Origin: a virus
Lineage: Duplodnaviria > Caudoviricetes
IMG/VR virus record: IMGVR_UViG_3300048556_000227
Span: 1-55,380 of that record
Reading direction: 5' to 3' (one strand)
DNA length: 55,380 nucleotides
A program made the translations under genes and the position numbers. This document shows, one piece after another, positions 34,482-45,533 of the stretch. The notes below the pieces were generated by a model. The model did no database searches and had not been told where the DNA came from. It saw only the letters and a program-made list of their open reading frames with translations. Each line of letters starts with the position of its first letter. Positions within the stretch are counted from its first letter, which is position 1.

Positions 34482-37400
34482 CTAAAGAATTGCGGCCACA
34501 GGCATTAATCTCGACAAATCACCGCGTAGTGCAGCCTCCGCCGACTCAGCCGTTGGGCCAAAGAGGGTTGCAAGACCGGCGGTTGGCCCGTTCCACTGCC
34601 CCGTCTTATATGCCATCGAGAAGATGGACAGCGGGCCATAAATACCAGCGCGATCTACGATCTCGTTCAGGTAGCTGCCCCACTCCATCGTGTCAGTTCG
34701 GAAGTAGTTCTTGTCGCTTTGGCCAAATGTCCCGATAAAAGCGCCAGCAGTCTTGGTGTACTCACGAAGTTCCATGCCTGCCATAGCGAGCGGCAATAGC
34801 GCTACAGCCGACAACGCTAGGACGCCAGTAGCGCCAGCAATCCGAGCATTGCCCTCGCTCTCTTCAATACGAGTTAACGCTTCACGTTTAACACCGCCAA
34901 TGATCTTGGTGTAAAACGCATAGAAGTAAGACTTCAGCTGCCAAACCAAAGCCCAACGGGGATCTGATGCCCAGCTTGGGCGCTCCGCAGCATTCGGTCT
35001 AAGAATCGAGCTTTCAACAAACTTCTGTAGTGCAAACTTTACGTTTCTTGCTTCGGCGGCGTTGATGTTCCGCCCGCCTTTGTCCCAAGCCATTATCTCT
35101 TCGGCAGTAACACCGAGGTCTTCTAGATACCGCTCAGAGCGTGGGTTGTTTGTTTCATTCTTAGCATGTCGAATAAGGAACTGTACGCCCATGCCCGTAG
35201 CAAACGTGCGAGTAAAGTTGGTAAACCACTGCAACCCTGTGTACTTGAAGAACCCATCAGTCCAGTTACGTGCTGCTGTATCCATAAACTCGCGCTCTGA
35301 CACGCTAATCCAGCCGTTGGCGATAGCATCGTCCTGTACTAACCCAATGTCTTCGGCCAGCTCTCTCGACTCCGCAAGACTCATGCGATCTTTGATCTGA
35401 CGGAATGCCATTTCGAAGCCGCCAAACTCTTTGCTATTAATGATCGGCCCTGCCAGTTCAGGTAAAGACCCAATCGCAGCGAGGGGTAACAAGATCGTGT
35501 ACTGCGATGCCAATAAGAAACTTTGAACACGCCGTCTACGCTCTGACATCGGCTCAAAGCCATATCCTAGGTAACTGTTGATGATGTCTAGGGCGTACTG
35601 CTTTCCTTCACCATCAAGCTCATCGAGCAACGGATTTAAGATATCTTCGCCACGCTCATTCTTCGTAGCTTTGTTCCACTCGACACGCCGCACTAGCTGA
35701 CGCTGGTACAACTTGAAGGCTTCCACAGGCGGGAGCAAGAAACCTTCTCTGGCTAGCAACGCACGGTCGGCGTCCTTAGTCAGCTGACGTAACTGCTGCC
35801 TACCTGCGGCTGGATCAATATCGCCATCAACAGGAAGGTCTTGGTTGGTGACGACATCCTGATACTTCACAAGCCGCGCCACGGCCATTTTTATTCGCTT
35901 TCTTGCTTCACTACCTTGAGCCTGTCTCGGCTGACTGAGAAGCAGCCCTTCAAACTGGCTAGAGCGATTACTGACTTCTTGCAGGTTTAATACAACTGGG
36001 AAGAAGTTTTCTTGGAAGCCAATCTTCTTTGAACCAGGGTAGCCCGCCTGACGCGGCTCAACGTAATCTGTGTATATGTCCTGAAGGAATTTACGGATCT
36101 TTTGCGCCGTTTCGTTCTCAAGATCTGCCGTTGCCACATCAGATTGCGCTTCTTCCATAGCTGTCGCGACTTCGTCACTGTCTATTTTGAACCCGACATC
36201 GCGCTCGAACTTGGTCTCGAATTCACGGTTCTGCACGTCAGCTTCTTGCAACATGCCCATACGAGAACCACGGCCTGTCTGCTGAGCTTCGATGTAGAAC
36301 ATCTCTGCAATCGGCTGGCTGATAGAACGAAGCTCTTTATTCGCTGTGCGGAGGACACGTAGCAAAGGCCTTGCCGCTTCTCGGGTTTTGCGAAACGAAC
36401 CAACAGCTGCTTCCTTCATGCGATTGGCTAAGGCTTCAGCGCCCTTGGTCTTCTCTACCTCGACTTCGATAGATCGAACCATCGCTTTCTTTTCGAAGGT
36501 CGAAAATGACTTGGCGACCGAGGCAGCGTCTTGAGCTAGAGAGTTGTTATTGTAGCTGTTGGTTCTGATAACGGACTCGATGAAATCGTTAACAGATACA
36601 TCTATATCGCCCTCGAAGCGTTGCCGTAGCTCGCGGCGGATCGTATTAAAAAGCTCCACAAGTCTGGCAGCAACGCGCTTGAAGACAGACTCTTCCATGT
36701 TCGAAGGGCGTTGGCTCGAATCACGACGAGTTTGTATGTCGACCCACTTAGCGACGTTATCGGCAAACCACTCTTCAAACCCGTGCGGGCCTGAGTACGC
36801 TTTCTCGGATCGATCCCGATTCTTAAACGATTCCCACATCCGATTGAAAATTGGCTTACCAATCAGCCCATTGAACTCTTCTTGGAAGACCGCGTGCCCT
36901 AACTCGTGGGCTGCAATCAAAGTAGATTCGTAATCGTTAGTGGCTTTGGTGTCATCTACGATGATGAAGTGTGCATTCTTGAAACCGACATATCTGCCAA
37001 ACGTGCCTTCCTGATCTTGCAAACTAGATGCTGCTTGTATAAAAGCGCCCGCAACAGTTCGATCACCAAATCGCTCTGCAATCTGACCCTGCGACAGACC
37101 TTGAAGCTGGCTAATGGTCACTAAGCCAATTGGCAGATTCAGCTTTAACTTGCTAGCAGCGCGCATAATCGGCTTTGCAATCACTGCTACAGGCTCCCCG
37201 AACGGGAATGAGATCGGATTGCCGTATATACGGCTGTTACCTGACGGCGTGGTTACACTGTAATTCGCGTAAGGTGGGTCTTCGTCCCGAGTAAACTGGT
37301 TGGGGTTATCAACGCTTTCATCACCAATGAAATCTGGGCGATCAATCAACCCCGCTTCAGCTGCTTCTTGGCGTTCAACTGCTTCAGCAACATCTTCGTC

Positions 37401-40334
37401 TGCCTCAAAACCCGACCCGATACCCTGCTGCTGCCGAGCACGTGCTTCTAAATCAGATTGCCTTCGCGCCTCGGTAGCTTGTTCTTGTTCAACAAGATCC
37501 ATAGCCACTGTAATGCGGGTAAGATTCTTCGCTAACGCCTTGCCCAGCGTGTCTTTTGCAGTACGGCCTACTCGGGTTTTTAATATCGGCTTTAGGAACT
37601 CAGGCGGTTCTGGCCTAGTCTCTGTTTGAGGCAGCAGTTCTCGCTGCGTTGAGTCACCCTCCACGGGCCTCGAATTAGCCAAGAACCAGCTACCTACACT
37701 CTGCTGGTAACGAGCAAGCTCATCGAGGATCGTGCTGCCGCGCTCGTTCCTAGCAGCAATGTCTACGTCTCGCTTAACAGTTCTACCTTGCGCATCACGG
37801 CCTTGTGCTTCGACGGTTATCCGATAGCCGTTAACGATAAGCTCATTCAGCATTTCAATCAGTGCATCGCCATCAGACCCCGCTTCAAAGTCTTGATCTC
37901 TACGAGTTTCCAAGAGACGACGCCCCGCATTGGCAAGGTCAACAAGGTTTACCGGCTGTGGTTCGCCGTCTGGCGCAATGATCTTGAAACCGGAGCCTTT
38001 AGCGAACTGACTCGCAACAGCCATCTGAATCTCTGCCGCCAAGAATTCAGCTAACTCAAGCAATCTCTCAGGGCCATTACGCGGCGTGTGACGGAACTGT
38101 TCTGCCTCTGTAGAAAAGATCTCCAGCCCGTACCTGCCATCAGCTCGACGCTCTGGCGGTATGATTTGGACCTCTCGCCCCCGCTGCCGAAGTGAAACCA
38201 TGTTCTTCAACATAGACTCTGACATGCGGCCCCAAAACGAGTTCGACCAGTCGGCATCGAAGACACCTGCAAACTCTTCATCAAACGCTCGCCGTGCTGC
38301 CTGAGTACCGCCGAATTCACGCTCTGCCGGAGCGAAGTTCCGCTCTTGTAGAAGTACCGCGCTTTGTTCATTAACTGCAGACGTCGGGTCTGCGACAGCG
38401 TCTTCAAATTCGGAATCTGATGGGGTCGTGTCGGCTTGCGCCAACAGGTCTTGCTCGGCGCGAAGCGTAGCTACGATCTCACGCTTGCGATCAATGTCGC
38501 CCTGCCTAAAGTCTCTATTTAACTGCTGTAAACGCTCGTTGTTCTTGTTCTCCGGCGCTCTTGCCAAAGCACTTAGGCGTTTACCTATGGCTTTGAAATC
38601 TTCGGTATCTTCATCTGCGATATCTTGACGTGCTCTTGCAGCTGCAGCTTCTACATCACGATCAGAACGGCTTATCGTGCCATCGGGGGCGACTGATATA
38701 TCCCGTACAACCGGCCCAGCTTCCGCGTTCACTTTCGCCTGACGCTCTGCCAACACATCTTCAGGTGGCTTAACGTCAACACGTCCACCGTCTGGTGCCA
38801 AACCTTGAGCTGCGACAAGCGCAGCCGGAAAGCCATCTTCGTTTGTGGCCTCTTCAGAAATTATATTACCGTCGGCATCTGACACCTGAACAACGCGATC
38901 CGCATCGGCGGGTTTTTCTGCGCTATAGCCAAGAGCCACAGTTAAAATGGCAGGTGACGCGCCACCCCGCACAACCTCTTCAGCTACATCAAAGGTCTTC
39001 GCAACTATTGTCCCTTTGCCGGGAACAAAGGCCACGTAACCCTCTTGCCCATCAATGGATACTTTCTTGATCCCACCACGCTCCGTAGCCCCGTAAGCTG
39101 GGCTGTCTCCTTCTACCCACACGGCTTCTTTGGTGCTGGTGTCGGTATACATAGCGCGGATCTGCGCATCCAAATCAACAGACGGCTCGGGGTTCGTAAA
39201 TTGTGCCCGTTGGGCTTCCGAGGCTGAGACGAAATTTACCGCCGCCTCTTTCCCCTGCTCCAGCATATCGCGAGCTTTGCTTCTGACTTCCTCAGAAACA
39301 GTAATGTTACCGGCCTCACGGACGCCGCCAGCAACAGTCGAACCTGCGGCTCCGAAAGCACCGCCGCCAAAGAACGCGGCAAACGCGGCCTCGCCCAGCC
39401 GCAACTGAGCTTCTTGTGCTGTAAAGGACTCATCCATCTGAGCACGGTTGGCTACAGCTAAACCCTCTTGGGCGACTTCAGTGGTTGCTTCGACAGCACC
39501 ACCCCGTACAAAACCGCCACCAAGGTCTTTAGCAAGCCGACCCATGACAGTGCCTTCGCTACCAGCAGCTAGTTTCTTTGCGCGGTTTCCGACCAGCTTC
39601 AGCAACGCAACTTCGCCGCCAACACCTATCGCGGCTTGCGGAGCACCAACAGCTAAAGCTCTGAACGCCGTCATGGGATCGTTTGGATCCTGCCCTGACT
39701 CGATACCTTCAGAGAAGTTCTGGCCGGATAACGGTGTAAATTCAGCGCCAAACGCGCCTGTTAAAGCGCCACGTCGCGCATCTTTCGCTAAGCTATAAGC
39801 CGCCTCCGCAATCTCTTTCTGATCGGGAGTAGCGGTCTTTTTGGCTACGTTTTCCAGCGATTCACGAACGATCTTCTTTGCCGCGAACTTAGAACCTTCG
39901 GCTACGCCCCTCGCAGCCAATGCAGTACCCGCACCGAAACCGGCACCGAGAACTGACGTGACCGCAAATGGGACTAGTTGACCCGTGCCTTTCGCAACCT
40001 GTGAAATAAACCCGCCAAACGTAGGTTCGTCGATGAACTCGCTAAAGGTCTCCAAGTCTTTTACGACTTCGGATGCTGCGCTTTGATTAGCTCGGGCCTG
40101 CCTTAGACGTTTTTCTACACCTTCTTCATCGCCGATCAGGCTATTACCAAGTGCAGCAAAGTAATCTAAGTCTGCACCAAGACCTTCGGCTCCCGCCTGC
40201 ATACCCCGAGAAAACGTATCCGCTAAATTCTCTTCATCGGTACCCTGAATATATTCAGCCTGTCGGCTACCAAATAAAAAGTCCTCAACGGGATCAGCCA
40301 CTATTGCCTCGCGCTGCCTCGTTGCTGTTCGCAA
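34482..40334 (-). CDS. Giant internal virion/ejection protein (1950 aa)
   Basis: Size and position; A/G-rich N-terminus with EATTEVAQE; internal AHELGH...FEEWFAD. Confidence 0.8.
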   Translation of the reverse strand: MRTATRQREAIVADPVEDFLFGSRQAEYIQGTDEENLADTFSRGMQAGAEGLGADLDYFAALGNSLIGDEEGVEKRLRQARANQSAASEVVKDLETFSEFIDEPTFGGFISQVAKGTGQLVPFAVTSVLGAGFGAGTALAARGVAEGSKFAAKKIVRESLENVAKKTATPDQKEIAEAAYSLAKDARRGALTGAFGAEFTPLSGQNFSEGIESGQDPNDPMTAFRALAVGAPQAAIGVGGEVALLKLVGNRAKKLAAGSEGTVMGRLAKDLGGGFVRGGAVEATTEVAQEGLAVANRAQMDESFTAQEAQLRLGEAAFAAFFGGGAFGAAGSTVAGGVREAGNITVSEEVRSKARDMLEQGKEAAVNFVSASEAQRAQFTNPEPSVDLDAQIRAMYTDTSTKEAVWVEGDSPAYGATERGGIKKVSIDGQEGYVAFVPGKGTIVAKTFDVAEEVVRGGASPAILTVALGYSAEKPADADRVVQVSDADGNIISEEATNEDGFPAALVAAQGLAPDGGRVDVKPPEDVLAERQAKVNAEAGPVVRDISVAPDGTISRSDRDVEAAAARARQDIADEDTEDFKAIGKRLSALARAPENKNNERLQQLNRDFRQGDIDRKREIVATLRAEQDLLAQADTTPSDSEFEDAVADPTSAVNEQSAVLLQERNFAPAEREFGGTQAARRAFDEEFAGVFDADWSNSFWGRMSESMLKNMVSLRQRGREVQIIPPERRADGRYGLEIFSTEAEQFRHTPRNGPERLLELAEFLAAEIQMAVASQFAKGSGFKIIAPDGEPQPVNLVDLANAGRRLLETRRDQDFEAGSDGDALIEMLNELIVNGYRITVEAQGRDAQGRTVKRDVDIAARNERGSTILDELARYQQSVGSWFLANSRPVEGDSTQRELLPQTETRPEPPEFLKPILKTRVGRTAKDTLGKALAKNLTRITVAMDLVEQEQATEARRQSDLEARARQQQGIGSGFEADEDVAEAVERQEAAEAGLIDRPDFIGDESVDNPNQFTRDEDPPYANYSVTTPSGNSRIYGNPISFPFGEPVAVIAKPIMRAASKLKLNLPIGLVTISQLQGLSQGQIAERFGDRTVAGAFIQAASSLQDQEGTFGRYVGFKNAHFIIVDDTKATNDYESTLIAAHELGHAVFQEEFNGLIGKPIFNRMWESFKNRDRSEKAYSGPHGFEEWFADNVAKWVDIQTRRDSSQRPSNMEESVFKRVAARLVELFNTIRRELRQRFEGDIDVSVNDFIESVIRTNSYNNNSLAQDAASVAKSFSTFEKKAMVRSIEVEVEKTKGAEALANRMKEAAVGSFRKTREAARPLLRVLRTANKELRSISQPIAEMFYIEAQQTGRGSRMGMLQEADVQNREFETKFERDVGFKIDSDEVATAMEEAQSDVATADLENETAQKIRKFLQDIYTDYVEPRQAGYPGSKKIGFQENFFPVVLNLQEVSNRSSQFEGLLLSQPRQAQGSEARKRIKMAVARLVKYQDVVTNQDLPVDGDIDPAAGRQQLRQLTKDADRALLAREGFLLPPVEAFKLYQRQLVRRVEWNKATKNERGEDILNPLLDELDGEGKQYALDIINSYLGYGFEPMSERRRRVQSFLLASQYTILLPLAAIGSLPELAGPIINSKEFGGFEMAFRQIKDRMSLAESRELAEDIGLVQDDAIANGWISVSEREFMDTAARNWTDGFFKYTGLQWFTNFTRTFATGMGVQFLIRHAKNETNNPRSERYLEDLGVTAEEIMAWDKGGRNINAAEARNVKFALQKFVESSILRPNAAERPSWASDPRWALVWQLKSYFYAFYTKIIGGVKREALTRIEESEGNARIAGATGVLALSAVALLPLAMAGMELREYTKTAGAFIGTFGQSDKNYFRTDTMEWGSYLNEIVDRAGIYGPLSIFSMAYKTGQWNGPTAGLATLFGPTAESAEAALRGDLSRLMPVAAIL

Positions 40335-42174
40335 TGTTCACCAGGAGATTAGCGACATCGCTATTTAGTTTCCGCAGCTCGCTAATCTTTACGCCTTCGT
40401 CCTGTCGACGAGAACCCGAGCCAGAGCGAACACCGTAGAAAATCATCTCGCCGTCTGAGCTGATGCCCGAAAGATCAGCATTTATTTGCCCGTCGACCCC
40501 AGGTCTGAATAGCTTTAAGAAACTGTCGACAGCAGTTCCGTAGCTACCGGAAGCCGCCATCTGCTGCATCACTAAACTGAGCGTGGTGTTGCCAAGCCGG
40601 TTTATCGAAGCACGGCTTTCATCTGTCGTAGCAATAGTTGCTTGCTGCTGGATGCGAGGTAAGTATTCATTTGCGAGCTGGAAAATATCGTTTCGACTGG
40701 TCGTCAAGTTGCCGCCCTCATCGAAGTTCGCTTGCAGATCTTTGTACATAGTTTGAACAAACGTATTGTTTGTCTCGTTAATACGCTGGCGATCATTGAA
40801 GAGGTTTCTGGCAAGTTTTTGGTAATCAAGGTCGAGTTGAGCCTGCTGCCGAGCTTCAACCCCACGATCCGATACTCCAGTTTCAAGTATGTTGATAAGC
40901 TGATCCTGAACAGCGCGTCGGTTACCGTCGTTAGGTGTTGACGCAATGATCATCGCGTACGCAAAAGCCTGACGGCGCGGATCTAGCTTGGCTAAATCGG
41001 CGGCGGTCTCTACGCCTTGTTCCCGTAAATCTTGCGCAGCAGCTGCAGCTGTCTCTTGGTCTATTTGTAGGTCGCCGTTATCCACAGCCTCGTCAATCTC
41101 GGCAATAGTTTTGTCCTCGACAACCGGAGCTATCACTTGCTCAACTTTGGCCGGTATCGGTGGTGCCCCTGGTGTCCTAACTGGAGTCGCCAAAATACGA
41201 GACATGAAGCCCTGTTCTTCTGGCTCCGACTCATCTTTAAGGCGTTGGATCTCTGCTCGCTTACGCTCTGCAGCACGCACGTTTGCACGAGATGAACCTG
41301 TCTTACGACCTTCGATAGCGGCCAATTCTTTTTCTAGCTTTGCTATCTGCGCAGAGTTATCCGTGGGCGCAGGTTTAGCCGCTGGCGTAGAAGCCGCTTC
41401 AGGCTCAGGATCGGGTTCGGGTTCGGGTTCAGGAGGGATTTCAACAGCCGGTAGTCCCACATCTTGGCGCAGCTGATTAGTAAGCTCCGCTTCTTCTTCG
41501 GGGGTATCAGAGGCTGCAATAGTAGCTGCTGCCTGCCGCTGCGCTGCTGGATTGCTTTGTAAAGCCGCAAAAAGTTCGCCTTGTCCGTTGGCAATTATAA
41601 GCTCTCTGCTGTTAGCAAAAGAATTTAGGTCAACTGCACGCTGCCCATACAGCACACCGTTACGATCTTGGAAAGCAAACTGTACTTGTTTGAAAAGCTC
41701 GTCACCTCCAAATTGCTTGGCAAGGTCGTTATCGTCGGAAGTGCCCTGTTCAGTCAGTACGCCTCGGCTCCCATCCGCGTTTACACCACCTACTACGAAG
41801 GTAGAGTTGCCGCCTTCATCTTTTATCGTATCAATACGATCTATATTAAACCCATCGGGCACTTTGCCCTGAAGCCCTCGGTTCGCAATATCTATAGCCG
41901 CTTGCTGAGCGATAGCATCACCAGCGGCCAAACGGGTATTAAAATCTTTGGATAACCTGATCCGGGGGTTATCGGCATCGGTATCCACCGTAACAAGACC
42001 CTGATCACGCAACCGTACAAACACATTCGTGTAGTCCTGATCGCGCTCTGATTGTTCAAAATCTGACTGCGCACGCGCTCCCTGTTCTGCGGCCAAACGC
42101 CTAGAAGTCTGGCGGTCAAAGTAGCTGCGAGACCTATTTGCGCCCCTCTGTAAGCCGTCTAATATAGTCGCCAT
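40294..42174 (-). CDS. Internal virion/ejection protein
   Basis: 626 aa, helical, PE-repeat linker; position. Confidence 0.72.
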   Translation of the reverse strand: MATILDGLQRGANRSRSYFDRQTSRRLAAEQGARAQSDFEQSERDQDYTNVFVRLRDQGLVTVDTDADNPRIRLSKDFNTRLAAGDAIAQQAAIDIANRGLQGKVPDGFNIDRIDTIKDEGGNSTFVVGGVNADGSRGVLTEQGTSDDNDLAKQFGGDELFKQVQFAFQDRNGVLYGQRAVDLNSFANSRELIIANGQGELFAALQSNPAAQRQAAATIAASDTPEEEAELTNQLRQDVGLPAVEIPPEPEPEPDPEPEAASTPAAKPAPTDNSAQIAKLEKELAAIEGRKTGSSRANVRAAERKRAEIQRLKDESEPEEQGFMSRILATPVRTPGAPPIPAKVEQVIAPVVEDKTIAEIDEAVDNGDLQIDQETAAAAAQDLREQGVETAADLAKLDPRRQAFAYAMIIASTPNDGNRRAVQDQLINILETGVSDRGVEARQQAQLDLDYQKLARNLFNDRQRINETNNTFVQTMYKDLQANFDEGGNLTTSRNDIFQLANEYLPRIQQQATIATTDESRASINRLGNTTLSLVMQQMAASGSYGTAVDSFLKLFRPGVDGQINADLSGISSDGEMIFYGVRSGSGSRRQDEGVKISELRKLNSDVANLLVNIANSNEAARGNSG

Positions 42175-42184
42175 ATATATTTAC

Positions 42185-42781
42185 CTAAATGAACGCTGCA
42201 ATTAGCGCAGCACTCGCGAGTGTTCCAACCGTCTGATATGTCTGCGCTTTCGACTGTGCTTTCGCGCTTTTGTACGCTTGCTCTCTGGCACTTTGATCCG
42301 AAGCCGCGCTTGCTAGCTGACTCTGAGAAGATCTATTGACGCCCTGACCGATGTTGATGAGGTCAGCTAGCAGCGTCTGATTGGCTTCTCGCTGAGCAAT
42401 ACGGGCATCGCTGAGAGCCTGTATAGAACCAAGGGCTGTACTGCGTTGAAGTGAACCTTGTTGCTGCTGCAGCTGCGCAGGTGTCAACTGAGTGCCATAG
42501 CGACCGATATTACGATCAGCTACTTGCCCTGATATCTGGCCAGCCATAGCACTATCTTCTCGCGCAGAATCAATCAACGACGTATCGGTTTGCGCCTTCT
42601 TGATTTGCGCCCGTTCAAAGCCTTGATAATCGCGGACGTAATCGTTGTATTCACCGCGAGTGATTCCCGCCATTGTTTCACGGGGGTCGGACACATTTGG
42701 TAAACCGCCAATTGAGTTATACGGATTACTACTGCTTTCGCTGACGCTCATCCCGCCCATATAAGGTTGCATTCTTCCCAT
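42185..42781 (-). CDS. Internal virion protein
   Basis: Q/A-rich with a hydrophobic C-terminus. Confidence 0.7.
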   Translation of the reverse strand: MGRMQPYMGGMSVSESSSNPYNSIGGLPNVSDPRETMAGITRGEYNDYVRDYQGFERAQIKKAQTDTSLIDSAREDSAMAGQISGQVADRNIGRYGTQLTPAQLQQQQGSLQRSTALGSIQALSDARIAQREANQTLLADLINIGQGVNRSSQSQLASAASDQSAREQAYKSAKAQSKAQTYQTVGTLASAALIAAFI

Positions 42782-43348
42782 CTAACCCCCCTGCAACGCA
42801 TCGAAGAAACGAGTGCCAAAGTTATCCTTGTTCTTGCCAGCTTTTTTCTGCGAATACTGGTCGAAACCTGTAGCGACGACGTCTGCTACTGCTGCATTGC
42901 GAGCGCCTCTTACGAGCTGATTGTTTTTCGCCCTATCCAGCGCTTCACTGGTTGCTAAACGGGATGCCTGAGCCATGCCACTCTGAGCATCGGAAGCCTG
43001 ACCGCGAGCCGTACCAAGGACGTTCGTCGCCATCTGGTTTTGGATCTTTTTGGCCGACGCGTCAGCAATACCGAGCTGACCACCGAGTGCCTGAGATAAA
43101 TCACCAACAGCTGATACATCTTGCGCCCCCCGAAACGTGGGGTTAGAAGTCAGAGCCTGCATCGTGTCAGCGCTAGCGCGTCCACGAAGAGCCCGTCGAT
43201 TATCTTCGGACTGTGACTGATCGCGCATATCTCGCAACAGCGGTGCGTAGTTCCGCTTGAAAAAATCGTATTGGGCTTTGGCAACGGACGCCGAGGCCTT
43301 CTCTTCGGGAGTAGCTTGGTATTCGCTTTTCTTTGGTTTACTGCCCAT
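42782..43348 (-). CDS. Internal virion protein
   Basis: A/Q-rich; MGSKPK start. Confidence 0.7.
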   Translation of the reverse strand: MGSKPKKSEYQATPEEKASASVAKAQYDFFKRNYAPLLRDMRDQSQSEDNRRALRGRASADTMQALTSNPTFRGAQDVSAVGDLSQALGGQLGIADASAKKIQNQMATNVLGTARGQASDAQSGMAQASRLATSEALDRAKNNQLVRGARNAAVADVVATGFDQYSQKKAGKNKDNFGTRFFDALQGG

Positions 43349-43799
43349 CGCTTAACCTGTACCTGTAAACAATTTGATCTATCTCCCAACCCTGATCTAT
43401 CAGGATTGGTTCCATTTGCCGTACCGTAGTTCGCACCTCAAGTGCCTCTACGCCGATTTCAGAAGCTACCTTCTTGAAGAAGCCCTGATACTTGAGAACA
43501 TTTCTCTGACCCTGCTCATCGGAGTACGCAAGCCAGACAAGGAGGGTCTTCTTGGATGTGAATCCATCCACCTCAATAGTCGTGACAACAAACCCTTCAG
43601 GCGCTTTCCAATAGAGCGCATTCCCTGCAACCACTTCGGCGTAGACATCTTCAGGCCGGAAAGATAGCTGCGGATGAGCCTGTAGGATTGCCTCCACACC
43701 AAGACGAACACGATCCCAGTCTTCACGAATATCACCAAGAACCGGCTCATCCCTTCGAGTACCGCGTTCTTGTAAGTTTGTAGTTTCTACCGACTCCAC
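43338..43799 (-). CDS. Hypothetical protein, possibly GNAT-like fold
   Basis: Alpha/beta pattern (GFVV...LLVWLAYS...GW); position before the ejection genes; start uncertain. Confidence 0.55.
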   Translation of the reverse strand: MESVETTNLQERGTRRDEPVLGDIREDWDRVRLGVEAILQAHPQLSFRPEDVYAEVVAGNALYWKAPEGFVVTTIEVDGFTSKKTLLVWLAYSDEQGQRNVLKYQGFFKKVASEIGVEALEVRTTVRQMEPILIDQGWEIDQIVYRYRLSDGQ

Positions 43800-44427
43800 C
43801 GTACTTCACCTTCCTAGCTACTCTGGTTTCTGATTGCCGTCCGCGCTTCTCTGCTTCGACGAGCTGTTCGTTAAATAGTGATGCGAAAACGCCCGCGCCC
43901 GCATAGTCCGTCCACTCACGCCCAGGCATTCGCAACAAACGTAACAATGCGCCATTGACTATCGTGTCTCGGTAGTCGTTCATGACCTCAGTGCTACATG
44001 AAGTGGATGTGTGCGTAGGCTTTAGTACAGCCCGCATAAGCACGCTAGATACCTTGGTGACATTTGGTACAGGCGCTATGTAAAACAGGCTCTGCGACTG
44101 CTTTACGAAGTACTCAGGCGTGCCCTCGTTCCCAGCCTTACGCCATTCAGGAATACGCTGCTCAAGGAGCGCGGAAGTGATCGGCTCTAAGTCGGTGCCG
44201 TCGTAAGTGGCCCATAAAATCTCATGGACAACAGTGCCGTTTGGCGGCTCAAGGTCATACTCGAACAGATTAGCGATGGTTGTGATCGGGTCTAACTCTT
44301 GTTGATAGACCCCAGATTTTTCACACAGCTCTATCGTAGCCGACCGAATACTGTTCTCGATCAGCGTATCAGGGCACGAAGGCACCATCGGGATAATCTC
44401 AGGCAATAGGGATTCGTAGGTAGCCAT
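43747..44427 (-). CDS. Head-tail adaptor / tail tubular protein
   Basis: G.PEYF...IAPVP...LKPT...IVNGAL.RL.RMPG.EW. Confidence 0.75.
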   Translation of the reverse strand: MATYESLLPEIIPMVPSCPDTLIENSIRSATIELCEKSGVYQQELDPITTIANLFEYDLEPPNGTVVHEILWATYDGTDLEPITSALLEQRIPEWRKAGNEGTPEYFVKQSQSLFYIAPVPNVTKVSSVLMRAVLKPTHTSTSCSTEVMNDYRDTIVNGALLRLLRMPGREWTDYAGAGVFASLFNEQLVEAEKRGRQSETRVARKVKYGGVGRNYKLTRTRYSKG

Positions 44428-44430
44428 ACG

Positions 44431-45138
44431 TTAGCCTGCTGCCTGAGATGGCAAAATTGGGTTTTGTTGGTTCAAGCCGGTGTTAGGCGACGTAACAACG
44501 TCAATCTGAGCTTTGCCAGTTACCGAATTGATGAACAACGCGTAATGCGTGCTCGCTCGCTGGTTGTTACCAGCGTACTCAGCGTCTTTCGTATAGGCAC
44601 GGAAAAGGGCGTAATCAGCGATAGCGTTCGCAAAAATATCAGGTACGCCGAGGTTACCGTTCTGAGCCACCGTCGCAGGATTCGCGGAATAGACTATCTC
44701 TACATAAGAGTCACCCGAAACGCCTGGATATACGTAGAAGTTGCGAGGATTTTGCTCGTCATAGACGTAGTGCTTTACGATATTCGTGTGCGCTGCGTCG
44801 CCCGTAACTGACGGGTCGTGCCAGCTAGGGGTCTGCGCATCAAGTACCTCGCGGGATACTAACCGTATAGAACGGGCTCCTGTGCCATTACTAGCCGCCG
44901 ACATATTGCGCACGACACGAAGCAACCGGTTACCCGCTGCGGGTATATCCTGTTTCGTTCCTGCCACTAAAGTGACCGTCGTATTCACCGCAGTAGCATC
45001 AGGCTTTAGCAACGCTATTTCACGCTGCGCATCGTTAATGAACAAAACGAGTTCACTTACGACCGGCCACCGAATACCCGTAGTGTCCTGTAAGGTCACT
45101 TGGATTCGATCAATTACGCTTTGCACACTTACAGTCAT
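44431..45138 (-). CDS. Adaptor-like virion protein (DUF6682-like)
   Basis: LQD..IRWP..EL..FINDAQREI...FYVYP...YALFRAY.KDAE. Confidence 0.75.
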   Translation of the reverse strand: MTVSVQSVIDRIQVTLQDTTGIRWPVVSELVLFINDAQREIALLKPDATAVNTTVTLVAGTKQDIPAAGNRLLRVVRNMSAASNGTGARSIRLVSREVLDAQTPSWHDPSVTGDAAHTNIVKHYVYDEQNPRNFYVYPGVSGDSYVEIVYSANPATVAQNGNLGVPDIFANAIADYALFRAYTKDAEYAGNNQRASTHYALFINSVTGKAQIDVVTSPNTGLNQQNPILPSQAAG

Positions 45139-45147
45139 GGTCTACCT

Positions 45148-45531
45148 CTAGGTGTTCAACGCCTCTTGCCATGCGGCCTCACGTTCGGACGTGGCAACGG
45201 TACGACCGGCGGCTTTATTAACCACGGCGGCTTTTGGCGAACCGTCTGCCTTAAAATTCTCTGGATCGCCCTCGTCAATCAGGCCTTCCATTACTGCTAC
45301 AAGACCTGAATCTGGAGCGGCCACCTCTTGCTCGATGACCACTTCTGGCTCATCGGCTACAGCTACTTCTTCTTCGATGGGCGAATTAGCTGCTTTGATT
45401 TCTTTCGCGCCCATCTGCAGGGCAATTAACCCAATCTCGTCAGATACCTCACGTTCAACGCCTGCTTGGAACAGAACGACTGCCCCCGTAAGCGTCGCAA
45501 CCCTGACTTCCTTGTCTGATATAACCTTCAT
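45148..45531 (-). CDS. Hypothetical head-module protein
   Basis: AGGAG RBS; F.ADG.PK motif. Confidence 0.7.
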   Translation of the reverse strand: MKVISDKEVRVATLTGAVVLFQAGVEREVSDEIGLIALQMGAKEIKAANSPIEEEVAVADEPEVVIEQEVAAPDSGLVAVMEGLIDEGDPENFKADGSPKAAVVNKAAGRTVATSEREAAWQEALNT

Positions 45532-45533
45532 GT

